IMG/VR virus record: IMGVR_UViG_3300049892_000014
Location: 32,001-96,000 of that record
DNA length: 64,000 nt
Source: a virus
Taxonomy: Duplodnaviria > Caudoviricetes
Direction: 5' to 3' (one strand)
Both the position numbers and the translations under genes were made by a program. This document shows, in pieces, positions 39,113-46,882 of the stretch (its first letter is position 1; the number at the start of each line of letters is the position of its first letter). The notes under the pieces are model-generated. The model was not told where the DNA came from. It worked only from the letters and a program-made list of their open reading frames with translations, and did no database searches.

Positions 39113-39467
39113 ATTACCGACAGTTGGATGGCACGACGTAAACACCAAGGAAATAATCCTTCGTGATAAGGGTGCGGTTACCTACCTGCCGTATGCTGTC
39201 TTTAAAAATGTGAAAGAGGTATGGCCTGATAGCGCAACTTACGCAATAGTAAATCGGTACGGGGAAACGCAGGGCCAACTATGGTTTACCCCTATAGATC
39301 TTGGCGATAATGTAAAGCTTAGCATGGAAACTTTTTGCCAGATGGTCCAGGATCAACAAGGTGGAACCGAATACAGCAGAGACGATTTAATCGGTTATCT
39401 GAAAGCCCTCCTGGAAGCAGATGTGGAGCTTTATAAATTAATGGTGAAAATGGGAAAATGGGATTGA
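39102..39467 (+). CDS. hypothetical protein with shared C-terminal motif
   Basis: LLEADVELYKLMVKMG. Confidence 0.6.
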   Translation: MPIKLPTVGWHDVNTKEIILRDKGAVTYLPYAVFKNVKEVWPDSATYAIVNRYGETQGQLWFTPIDLGDNVKLSMETFCQMVQDQQGGTEYSRDDLIGYLKALLEADVELYKLMVKMGKWD

Positions 39468-39492
39468 CAAGCTAATTTGACTGTGCTACTAT
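39464..39492 (+). promoter_or_regulatory. sigma70-type promoter
   Basis: TTGACA-17-TACTAT with TG. Confidence 0.8.
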
Positions 39493-39513
39493 TCTTTTTG
39501 TGGAGGGAAAGAT

Positions 39514-39888
39514 ATGTGGCTGATGACGAAATACGGATTTTATTCTATAGTACAAAAACGACCTGGCATATATCATGTAAGGGCTAGGGAGGTGCATGAC
39601 TTGTATCACCTAATAGACTTCGTCCCTCTTCCAGGAAGAGAGGTTAGATTTACCGGTACTAATGATTATCTAGCCAGGCTGATTCTAAACAAGGAAGAGC
39701 TTGATAGAGTAATGACTTTCCTTAGCAATAACATTGATTACGACAACTTTAAAGATAAGATAGATAAGACTCCAGAGCAGAGACGCAAACCATACCACAA
39801 GATCTGGCAAGTATTAGCAGATGCTTTGGGAGCGTATGGTATGCCGCCTAAAAAAAATGGGGGTGAGAAAGTTTCGACAGCCGGATAA
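39514..39888 (+). CDS. conserved hypothetical protein
   Basis: MWLMTKYGFYSIVQK...VRARE...DY..R...IDYDNFK. Confidence 0.75.
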   Translation: MWLMTKYGFYSIVQKRPGIYHVRAREVHDLYHLIDFVPLPGREVRFTGTNDYLARLILNKEELDRVMTFLSNNIDYDNFKDKIDKTPEQRRKPYHKIWQVLADALGAYGMPPKKNGGEKVSTAG

Positions 39889-39941
39889 GTCCCTGCGGGG
39901 AACCTGGCTGGACCTGGGAGCGTTACCCAGCACCTCCACCA
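39859..39941 (+). ncRNA. minimal tmRNA-like RNA (tRNA-like domain only, no tag ORF)
   Basis: GGGGGTG/CACCTCC-ACCA acceptor with G3:U70, stemless D-loop ending TTCGAC, short helix 2, GGAC linker, 5-bp T stem. Confidence 0.8.
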
Positions 39942-39957
39942 AACTTAAGGAGATATT

Positions 39958-40575
39958 ATGAAGTATAGTTCATTTCTAAGATTTTTATTAGGTTTAGGAC
40001 TAGTGATACTTGCGGTCGGATTATTCGCTACGACTACGGACTATGTAGCTAAATATCTTTATGAAAAGTCTAGACCTATACCTATCTCTAAAACGTCTTC
40101 CATGATAGATGAGGATGTATTAAAGGGTTTCACTCAGGATGGTAATGATATAGTTTATGATCGGCTTGCGGATGAGATAATCGTTGCCTCTAAGAAGTCG
40201 GGCGAGAAGTACAATATCCCACCAATACTGATACTCTCAGTAATGCAAGCCGAGTCTTCCTTCAACCTGAACGCATTCAGCAAGGAAAAAGCTAAGGGAT
40301 TGATGCAGATTAACACGGCTGTTTGGGGAGATCAGTTGCGTAAGGCTGGTATAATAAGTAAGGACTCAGATATCTATGATCCTCAGAATAATATTGAGGC
40401 AGGATGCTTTATACTGCGTCAGTACATTGACGAGACTAAAGACTTTGAGAAGGCGATGAATAAGTATTTAGGCGCTTACTATAAACCATATATTGACAAG
40501 ATCGGTCGAAATGTGGGAGATATATGTATGAAAAATATTTCCAAGAGGATTGACGCAACGTATAAAATAAAATAG
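39958..40575 (+). CDS. lytic transglycosylase (SLT) with N-terminal membrane anchor
   Basis: VMQAESSFN..A.S...AKGLMQI, NNIEAG. Confidence 0.9.
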   Translation: MKYSSFLRFLLGLGLVILAVGLFATTTDYVAKYLYEKSRPIPISKTSSMIDEDVLKGFTQDGNDIVYDRLADEIIVASKKSGEKYNIPPILILSVMQAESSFNLNAFSKEKAKGLMQINTAVWGDQLRKAGIISKDSDIYDPQNNIEAGCFILRQYIDETKDFEKAMNKYLGAYYKPYIDKIGRNVGDICMKNISKRIDATYKIK

Positions 40576-40583
40576 GAGGGGTT

Positions 40584-40964
40584 ATGAAAGTAGCTATCGT
40601 AGGATCTCGACGCAGGATGGATAAAGAGTCAGTCGTAGCTTATGTTAATACCCTACCGGAAGGAACGGTTGTTGTCAGCGGTGGATGTGAAGGAGTGGAT
40701 ACCTGGGCCATAGATCGGGCTAAAGAACTAGGATTGAAGTGGAAGATCTTCTTTCCTGACTTTAAGGGTGCGAAGACTTATGGCGATTTGTGCAAGCGTT
40801 ACTATGCACGTAACGAAGAAGTAGTGAAATTTTCTGACGTTATAGTTGCCTTCGTTTCCGACGACCGAAAGGGAGGAACCGAGAACACGATCAAATGGGC
40901 AAAAAAATACGGGAAACCAGTTATTATAATGAAGGAAGAAAAAGATGCCGTGGCAAGCAACTAA
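40584..40964 (+). CDS. SLOG-superfamily protein (DUF2493/YspA-like)
   Basis: VAIVGSR, VVSGGCEGVD, RNEEVV, KGGTENTI. Confidence 0.85.
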   Translation: MKVAIVGSRRRMDKESVVAYVNTLPEGTVVVSGGCEGVDTWAIDRAKELGLKWKIFFPDFKGAKTYGDLCKRYYARNEEVVKFSDVIVAFVSDDRKGGTENTIKWAKKYGKPVIIMKEEKDAVASN

Positions 40965-41107
40965 TAGTTATGTTAACCCGTTTCCAAATTGACATATATG
41001 CGGACTCCCAGTTTGGGTTGGAGATAGGGTTGTCAAGCAAAATGGGCCGCACACGCTATGTAGCGAGAATGAATTAAGCGTTACATTGAAACGATTGGAG
41101 AGAGAAC

Positions 41108-41458
41108 TTGAAGAACCTACTATTCAGCCTAACAGCTAAAGACTTTGAGTTCCAAACCTTCTGCACCGGAGGAAATGGTGGGCAGCATCGCAATGCTAAG
41201 CAGAACGGTGTTAGATGTATTCATCCAGATTCAGGAGCTAGAGCCGAGCATAGAGATGGACGTGACCAGAGAAAGAATAAGCAAGAGGCGTTTAGAAAGT
41301 GTTGTGAAACGCCTACTTTTAAGATATGGCACAAGCTTGAAGTTGCTAAAAGGCTCAGGCAACCAATACAAAAAACAGAAGAAGAAATTCAGAGATACGT
41401 AAACGAGCAGATGCAAGAAGGGAATTTAAAAATTGAAGAACTTGAAATTTCAGTTTGA
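41108..41458 (+). CDS. stand-alone GGQ peptidyl-tRNA hydrolase (RF-1 domain; ArfB/PrfH-like)
   Basis: FCTGGNGGQHRN...GVRCIHPDSG...RDQRKNKQEAF. Confidence 0.9.
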   Translation: MKNLLFSLTAKDFEFQTFCTGGNGGQHRNAKQNGVRCIHPDSGARAEHRDGRDQRKNKQEAFRKCCETPTFKIWHKLEVAKRLRQPIQKTEEEIQRYVNEQMQEGNLKIEELEISV

Positions 41459-42032
41459 GGCACCGAAGAAATTCGATCCTTTTATAATTGATGTAGAAAC
41501 TCAGAAGCTTTCAAACGAAGTAGAGGGTGGATGGAAGTCTATTGACCAGTTCTTGGTTTCCGTATCTGTATCCTGGGATAAAGCTAACGGCACTAGAGTA
41601 TGGTATGAAGAAGATACTATCAGGCTGATTGAGGAAGCGAAGAAGCATTATCCCATTGTTTCTTTTAATGGAGAGGGCTTTGACTTCATAGTCCTGAGCC
41701 ATTACGGGGATGTAAATCCCCTTTATCAGTCGAGCGTGGACCTGTTGAAAATTTCTAAAAAAATTTTAGGGTTCCGCATCAAACTGGATTCCTTAGCTCA
41801 GGCCACCCTTGGGTCTGAGAAGACTGCTGATGGATTGCAGGCTGTAGCGTGGTGGAGGTCTGGAGATCCAGAATTAAGGCAGAAGGTAGTTGATTACTGT
41901 AAGTCTGACGCAGAGATTACCAGGGATATATATCAATACGCTATTGATAATGGGCATCTTCATTGCACCGACTTACAGGGTGGGAAGTTTAAGTATAACA
42001 TTAGCAAATCGGTCCTTGGTGTAACGGAATAG
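41433..42032 (+). CDS. RNase H-like DEDD 3'-5' exonuclease
   Basis: IDVETQ, SFNGEGFDF, KLDSLA, YCKSD. Confidence 0.85.
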   Translation: MKNLKFQFEAPKKFDPFIIDVETQKLSNEVEGGWKSIDQFLVSVSVSWDKANGTRVWYEEDTIRLIEEAKKHYPIVSFNGEGFDFIVLSHYGDVNPLYQSSVDLLKISKKILGFRIKLDSLAQATLGSEKTADGLQAVAWWRSGDPELRQKVVDYCKSDAEITRDIYQYAIDNGHLHCTDLQGGKFKYNISKSVLGVTE

Positions 42033-42086
42033 CACAGCAGTCTCCAAAACTGCAAGGTCTAGGTTCAAATCCTAGAGGGCTGGCCA
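42010..42086 (+). tRNA. tRNA-Trp(CCA)
   Basis: GCAGT-CTCCAAA-ACTGC, GGTTCAAATCC, G73-CCA. Confidence 0.9.
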
Positions 42087-42091
42087 AATTC

Positions 42092-42176
42092 GATGACGTA
42101 GTTATAATCCTTCGGGTAGTTAGAACGCCACCATTAGGGGGTGGTAGTGCTGATAAAAACGCAGCCGTCATCATCA
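42092..42176 (+). ncRNA. aberrant tRNA-like element (loop ATTAGGG)
   Basis: GATGACG/CGTCATC acceptor, CCACC/GGTGG anticodon stem, non-canonical D and T arms. Confidence 0.55.
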
Positions 42177-42246
42177 ATTTTATGCCATAGCGTGATCTAC
42201 AGGAGGTACATGCGCACTCCAGCGATACGGGGCGCTATGGTTTTAT

Positions 42247-42324
42247 CGGGGTGTGGCCAAATTGGTTTAAGGCTCTTGATTTGGAATCAAGGAACTGGAG
42301 GTTCGAGTCCTCCCGCCCCGACCA
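42247..42324 (+). tRNA. tRNA-Pro(UGG)
   Basis: CGGGGTG/CGCCCCG, CTTGA-TTTGGAA-TCAAG, ACCA. Confidence 0.93.
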
Positions 42325-42340
42325 AACTTATGGGGGAGAT

Positions 42341-42850
42341 ATGCTACAAGGGAAGGTTAAATTCGGCGTGGTGGAGTCTGGTATTTATTCTATTTATTCC
42401 ATCATTAAAGACGTAGTATCGCTTCTTGATAACAGGAAGGATAACTATGGTCTTACATCAAACCAAATAACACAGGGAATTATGGGGGCGGGAGCAGAGG
42501 GCGCTGTGCATAAAAGAATGGGTCTATATTTTCCATTTCCCATTAATGTCTTTAAAAGCCAACCTGATTGCATACCGTTAAGTGCAGATATTAGATGGAC
42601 AGGAAGCCAGGCGATTATTATTAGACCAGGAGATGCAGATCGGTGGATGATCGGAGTTAGTGGTGGACCGAGAGAGTGGACTATACATGGAGCAATTAAT
42701 GTTGTTGATGTTAAGAAGCTCCCTAAAGATAGTCAGCATTTTTGGTATGCGCCTGACAAAAGTAGGCCTGGATGCTGGAATATACCATTTAAGTATTTTA
42801 GGGAAATAGGGGATGTGAGCTATTTAAATGAAAGAGAATTCCGTCAATGA
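42341..42850 (+). CDS. hypothetical protein (possible nuclease fold)
   Basis: GGAG RBS after tRNA-Pro; GAGAEGAV...PD...DIR. Confidence 0.55.
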   Translation: MLQGKVKFGVVESGIYSIYSIIKDVVSLLDNRKDNYGLTSNQITQGIMGAGAEGAVHKRMGLYFPFPINVFKSQPDCIPLSADIRWTGSQAIIIRPGDADRWMIGVSGGPREWTIHGAINVVDVKKLPKDSQHFWYAPDKSRPGCWNIPFKYFREIGDVSYLNEREFRQ

Positions 42851-43250
42851 GGCGAGTATGAAAAAGAAAAATAAAGAATCCGGCCCAGTCTACTGTATAG
42901 AGTATAGCTATCAAACCGGTGATTCATTCCATACTGAAGATAGGCGTGATACTCTGGAATATGAATGGCACGACTACGACATAGCCAAGGAAGCGCTCAC
43001 TCGTATCAATGAGCATTATAAATGGTACGAAGGCAAAGAGAGGTCATACGCTCCAAAGGTGAAGAAGCCAAAGTGGCATAAGATTAATACGGAGTCTATG
43101 AAGTGGTTTCATGAGGATTCTATGCACAATCTCATTAATCTTAGAATGGATGACGGTCAAGAGGTTCAATTTTGGCCACCATGGTGCGGATACTTTGAAT
43201 CTTTATATGGTGCGGAAATCGTACTAAAGCACGATAAGTTTAGATATTGA
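42828..43250 (+). CDS. conserved phage hypothetical protein
   Basis: YQTGDSF...WCGYFESL. Confidence 0.65.
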   Translation: MKENSVNEASMKKKNKESGPVYCIEYSYQTGDSFHTEDRRDTLEYEWHDYDIAKEALTRINEHYKWYEGKERSYAPKVKKPKWHKINTESMKWFHEDSMHNLINLRMDDGQEVQFWPPWCGYFESLYGAEIVLKHDKFRY

Positions 43251-43327
43251 GGGATAGCTTAGGCCTTGGTAAAAGCGCCGGTCTGTTAAACCGGAAATCG
43301 CAGGTTCGACTCCTGCTCCCTCAGCCA
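43248..43327 (+). tRNA. tRNA-Asn(GUU)
   Basis: CCGGT-CTGTTAA-ACCGG, GGTTCGACTCC, GCCA. Confidence 0.92.
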
Positions 43328-43333
43328 ATTTAC

Positions 43334-43408
43334 GGGTAGGTAGCTTAATGGCTAAAGCCCTGGACTGTGAATTCAGCTATCTGGGTTCGACTCCCAGCCT
43401 TCCCTCCA
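43334..43408 (+). tRNA. tRNA-His(GUG)
   Basis: CTGGA-CTGTGAA-TTCAG, GGTTCGACTCC, CCA. Confidence 0.85.
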
Positions 43409-43416
43409 TTTAATAC

Positions 43417-43504
43417 GCCGACGCTGAGGAGATGGCGAGCCTCGCTTGACTGTAAATCAAGTCGCCTTCGGGCGTTGTAGGTTCGACTCCTACCGGCGGC
43501 ACCA
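43417..43504 (+). tRNA. tRNA-Tyr(GUA)
   Basis: CTTGA-CTGTAAA-TCAAG, long variable arm, ACCA. Confidence 0.9.
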
Positions 43505-43512
43505 AATTTTAT

Positions 43513-43586
43513 TGGTGGTTAGCCTAATGGCAAGGCAGCGGGCCTTGAACCCGCTTAAATAGGTTCGATTCCTATACCATCTACCA
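43513..43586 (+). tRNA. tRNA-Gln(UUG)
   Basis: GCGGG-CCTTGAA-CCCGC, GGTTCGATTCC, CCA. Confidence 0.87.
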
Positions 43587-43587
43587 A

Positions 43588-43671
43588 GCCGAAGTGGTGG
43601 AATGGCAGACACGCCGGTCTTAGAAACCGGTCCCTTAAGGGGTGGGGGTTCAAGTCCCTCCTTCGGTACCA
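43588..43671 (+). tRNA. tRNA-Leu(UAG)
   Basis: CCGGT-CTTAGAA-ACCGG, variable arm, ACCA. Confidence 0.93.
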
Positions 43672-43691
43672 ATATATAACAAGGAGATCGC

Positions 43692-44213
43692 ATGGCAGAA
43701 ATTAATAAGTGGTACGAAAGTTTAGGTGCAGACTATTACTCTAACTCAGTAGGCGAGATTGAGTGGCAGTATATAGGGGGAGTTGCTATTCCGTATGGGG
43801 TGACTCGTTTTATAGAGTTTACCGGTAAAGGAGATCCTACTCCGGAAGATCTTGCTGAGATCCAAGATAAAGCTTTGGGTATTGAGGCTCCATATAATTA
43901 CACTGAAGTAGTGGCTAATGCCCTTAAGTGCTATGTGAATATTGTGGTATGGCGCAAGCGTCTAGATACTTTCTGGGTCTTTAGTAATAGACATGAGGAA
44001 TGGGTTAAGTTCGCAGAGGCGGAGTATCGTAATTACGTAATTAAGAAAACTAAACTACCAGTTGCTCTTGATTATGAGGATATGCTGAAGAAGCGATCAG
44101 AAAAATATGCCAATAAGCCTACTCCTAAAAACCGTCCAAGCTTATCTTTGCACGTAGATCGAATACGCAAGCGTGATAAAACAGAGGGTAATGGTCCAGA
44201 TCCAGTTAAATAG
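43692..44213 (+). CDS. hypothetical protein
   Basis: AAGGAG RBS, inside the tRNA cluster. Confidence 0.65.
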   Translation: MAEINKWYESLGADYYSNSVGEIEWQYIGGVAIPYGVTRFIEFTGKGDPTPEDLAEIQDKALGIEAPYNYTEVVANALKCYVNIVVWRKRLDTFWVFSNRHEEWVKFAEAEYRNYVIKKTKLPVALDYEDMLKKRSEKYANKPTPKNRPSLSLHVDRIRKRDKTEGNGPDPVK

Positions 44214-44218
44214 AATAT

Positions 44219-44305
44219 GCGATTGTGGTGAAATTGGCAGACACAGCGGACTTAAAATCCGCTGCCTTAACGGGCGTGAGAGTTCAAGTCTCTCCTTTCG
44301 CACCA
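44219..44305 (+). tRNA. tRNA-Leu(UAA)
   Basis: GCGGA-CTTAAAA-TCCGC, variable arm, ACCA. Confidence 0.9.
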
Positions 44306-44314
44306 TCCGCTTTC

Positions 44315-44342
44315 GCAGGTGAGCGATATCACCTGCTTCTTC
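44315..44342 (+). terminator. putative terminator
   Basis: GCAGGTGA-gcgata-TCACCTGC then TTCTT. Confidence 0.55.
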
Positions 44343-44407
44343 CTTCCTAATAAAAACCCTTGACAATCTAATTTGATTCTGCCATATTGTTTACGGAGGT
44401 AATAACC

Positions 44408-44668
44408 ATGAACAAAGAAATGCCAGATGAAGTATATGTACAGCGTTACCATTGGGAATACGGTCCGGAGCAGAATATAGAAGATGATGATTATTTGATT
44501 GTCTCAGAAACTAAGGACGATCTTTTCGACCAGGATCTTGGACACAATCAAGCCGGTGTCGTTGTTGGAATCTATAAGCTGCAACGTGTCGTTGAAATGA
44601 CCAAGACAATTCGCCAGCCTTTATATAAAGAGAGGCCGGTTAGTGTCGCTAAAAAAATAAAAAAATAA
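44408..44668 (+). CDS. hypothetical protein
   Basis: Promoter at 44360-44388, GGAGG RBS. Confidence 0.6.
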   Translation: MNKEMPDEVYVQRYHWEYGPEQNIEDDDYLIVSETKDDLFDQDLGHNQAGVVVGIYKLQRVVEMTKTIRQPLYKERPVSVAKKIKK

Positions 44669-44706
44669 GTATTGACATTCTTAAATGAATGATGTAGGAT
44701 TCATTT

Positions 44707-45816
44707 ATGGCAAACGTAAAAGATGTTTTTTCGATAGAAGCTCTTGACGAACAAATAGAGCGTGGATTTGTGTCCAAACGTAAACATCCAGATCTCCCAC
44801 TGTATATATATAACTATACCCAGGAGGCTACGTTTGCCAATGAATGGAATGAAGTCACTATGACTTGTAGGGGGTTGATATTAGATGGAGACTATAATAT
44901 TATCGCTCGTCCTTTTAGGAAGTTTTTTAATCTGGAAACTGCTGGCCTTCCTGAGACGCAAATTAACAACCTTCCTAGGGACGTTAAACAAACTATAACC
45001 GAGAAGATGGATGGTTCTCTTGGAATTCTTTGGAGATATAAAGGCCACGAAGGCATAGCGACTAGAGGTTCCTTTACCTCTGAGCAGGCGATATGGGCAA
45101 CGAATCATTGGCGTACATTAATGTTTTTAAGATGGCACTTTGCATTCGACCGTGATACCACTCCTTTGTTCGAGATTATATATCCAGAGAATCGCATCGT
45201 TGTTGACTATAAGGGTGACAAGAAGCTTGTTCTGCTAGGAATTGTGAATAATGCAGATGGAACCGAATATTCCTATGACGAACTTAAATCCACTGGATAT
45301 CCCAATGTAGTCACGGTCTATGAAGGTAAATCTCTTTCCGATTGCGTATCTCAAGCTGAGACGGATTTACCTCTTAATAGGGAGGGGTATGTTGTAAGCT
45401 ATGATACTAAGCCAATGCCCCTTCGTATTAAAATTAAGTTTGACGAGTACCTCAGATTACATAGGCTTATCTTCAGCTTAAATGATCGGGTCATCTGGGA
45501 ATCTGTTAGCCAAGGCATTAATCCTAATGCTAATCTCGACTATGCTCCAGATGAAATCAGAGCATGGATAAAGAAATACACTCAGAAGTTTCTAAGTGAG
45601 TGCGAGAGAATTGCGTACACTGCCGAGGACGTGTTTAACCGGAGACCACGCAATGTCAGTAGGAAGGAAATTGCACAATGGTTTAGTATGTATCCAGAAG
45701 TAAAGAGTTCTTGCTTTGCGATGCTGGATAATAAAGATTACTTTCCTATCATATGGAAGATGCTTCGACCAAAACATGCAACACCTTTTAGGAGGGATGT
45801 GCCTGATGGAGAATAA
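44707..45816 (+). CDS. RNA ligase, T4 Rnl1-like
   Basis: CRGLIL, RPFRKFFN, TEKMDGSLGI, ATRGSF, FEII, REGYVV, KIKF. Confidence 0.93.
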   Translation: MANVKDVFSIEALDEQIERGFVSKRKHPDLPLYIYNYTQEATFANEWNEVTMTCRGLILDGDYNIIARPFRKFFNLETAGLPETQINNLPRDVKQTITEKMDGSLGILWRYKGHEGIATRGSFTSEQAIWATNHWRTLMFLRWHFAFDRDTTPLFEIIYPENRIVVDYKGDKKLVLLGIVNNADGTEYSYDELKSTGYPNVVTVYEGKSLSDCVSQAETDLPLNREGYVVSYDTKPMPLRIKIKFDEYLRLHRLIFSLNDRVIWESVSQGINPNANLDYAPDEIRAWIKKYTQKFLSECERIAYTAEDVFNRRPRNVSRKEIAQWFSMYPEVKSSCFAMLDNKDYFPIIWKMLRPKHATPFRRDVPDGE

Positions 45817-46001
45817 GTGGGTACCAGAACAAGCAGAAGACGGAGATAAGATCCTGTGTATGATGTGCGGAAAGACGCATATCTTATTTCAGGGAAGTAT
45901 GAATGGTGCCAGGGTTGGGGATGGAGTCTTGTTTTATAAGTGTGGCTCAAGAACCTACATTGGATCAATTAACAAAAAGACAGCATTTGGGGTGACGTAT
46001 C

Positions 46002-46595
46002 ATGACTAATTACGATCCAAGAGAGTGCCAGGGAGATTGGATACAGACAAAGAGCAGGACTAAGGTACATCTACTTAATCCGTCTATTGACGAGATTAAA
46101 ATAGAAGACATAGCTCACGCCTTATCTAATCTATGCAGATGGAATGGTCACACGCTACAATTCTACTCAGTGGCACAGCATAGCATATTAGTAAGCAGAC
46201 ACTGTGAACCAGTTAATGCTTTGTGGGGATTACTCCATGATGCGACAGAGGCATACCTTGGAGATATGGTAAGGCCTTTAAAGCTATCAGGCGAGATGAA
46301 TGGATACGTTGTTGCTGAGAAGAGAATGATGGACTGTATCTGTGATAAGTTTGGGTTGCCGTATGATATGCCTGCCGATGTTAAGGTGGCAGATAATCGA
46401 ATACTGCAAACCGAGGCGGAGCAGTTAATCAGTCCACTCGTAGACATGAAATGGGAGATATCAACCCCATATGAACTAATCATAGAACCGCTCCACCCAC
46501 GTGTGGCTAGGGTTCTTTTTCTTGAACGCTTTTACGAACTTGGAGGTAAGACTGATGAAGTACTCTGTACAGGGATTGAACAAGTTGCAAGCTGA
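46002..46595 (+). CDS. HD-domain 5'-deoxynucleotidase (YfbR/YfdR-like)
   Basis: DIAHALSNLCRWNGH, YSVAQHS, LLHDATEAYLGD. Confidence 0.9.
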   Translation: MTNYDPRECQGDWIQTKSRTKVHLLNPSIDEIKIEDIAHALSNLCRWNGHTLQFYSVAQHSILVSRHCEPVNALWGLLHDATEAYLGDMVRPLKLSGEMNGYVVAEKRMMDCICDKFGLPYDMPADVKVADNRILQTEAEQLISPLVDMKWEISTPYELIIEPLHPRVARVLFLERFYELGGKTDEVLCTGIEQVAS

Positions 46596-46878
46596 GATTT
46601 CTCACTGGCGCTGGACTAAGGGGTTTTCTACTCCAGAGAATATGTCTAGTGCAAACGAGGTACTAGCAAAGCTCATGTTAGTAGTAACAGAATTAGCGGA
46701 AGCCGCTGAAGCGGTGCGCCATGGAGATGAGGCTAATTTTAAAGAAGAGATGGCCGATGCCTATATTAGAATGCTGGATATGACCGGAACATTCGTTGGC
46801 TTCGACCTGGAACAAGAGATAGAGAACAAGATGGCAGTTAACGAAGGGCGACCACAGTTGCATGGTAAGAGGTGTTAG
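46555..46878 (+). CDS. MazG-like NTP pyrophosphohydrolase
   Basis: LMLVVTELAEAAEA...EEMADAYIR..D...KM..N..R. Confidence 0.88.
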   Translation: MKYSVQGLNKLQAEISHWRWTKGFSTPENMSSANEVLAKLMLVVTELAEAAEAVRHGDEANFKEEMADAYIRMLDMTGTFVGFDLEQEIENKMAVNEGRPQLHGKRC

Positions 46879-46882
46879 TATT

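Noticed and set aside
42141-44452. ORFs 42141..42416, 43490..43693, 44142..44366, 44267..44452 and the 5' extensions of 42251..42850 and 4604..5002
   Set aside because: They are shadows of tRNA genes.
46002-46878. Z-genome (2-aminoadenine) cluster DatZ/MazZ
   Set aside because: No PurZ is present in the window, and HD plus MazG genes are common in ordinary phages.
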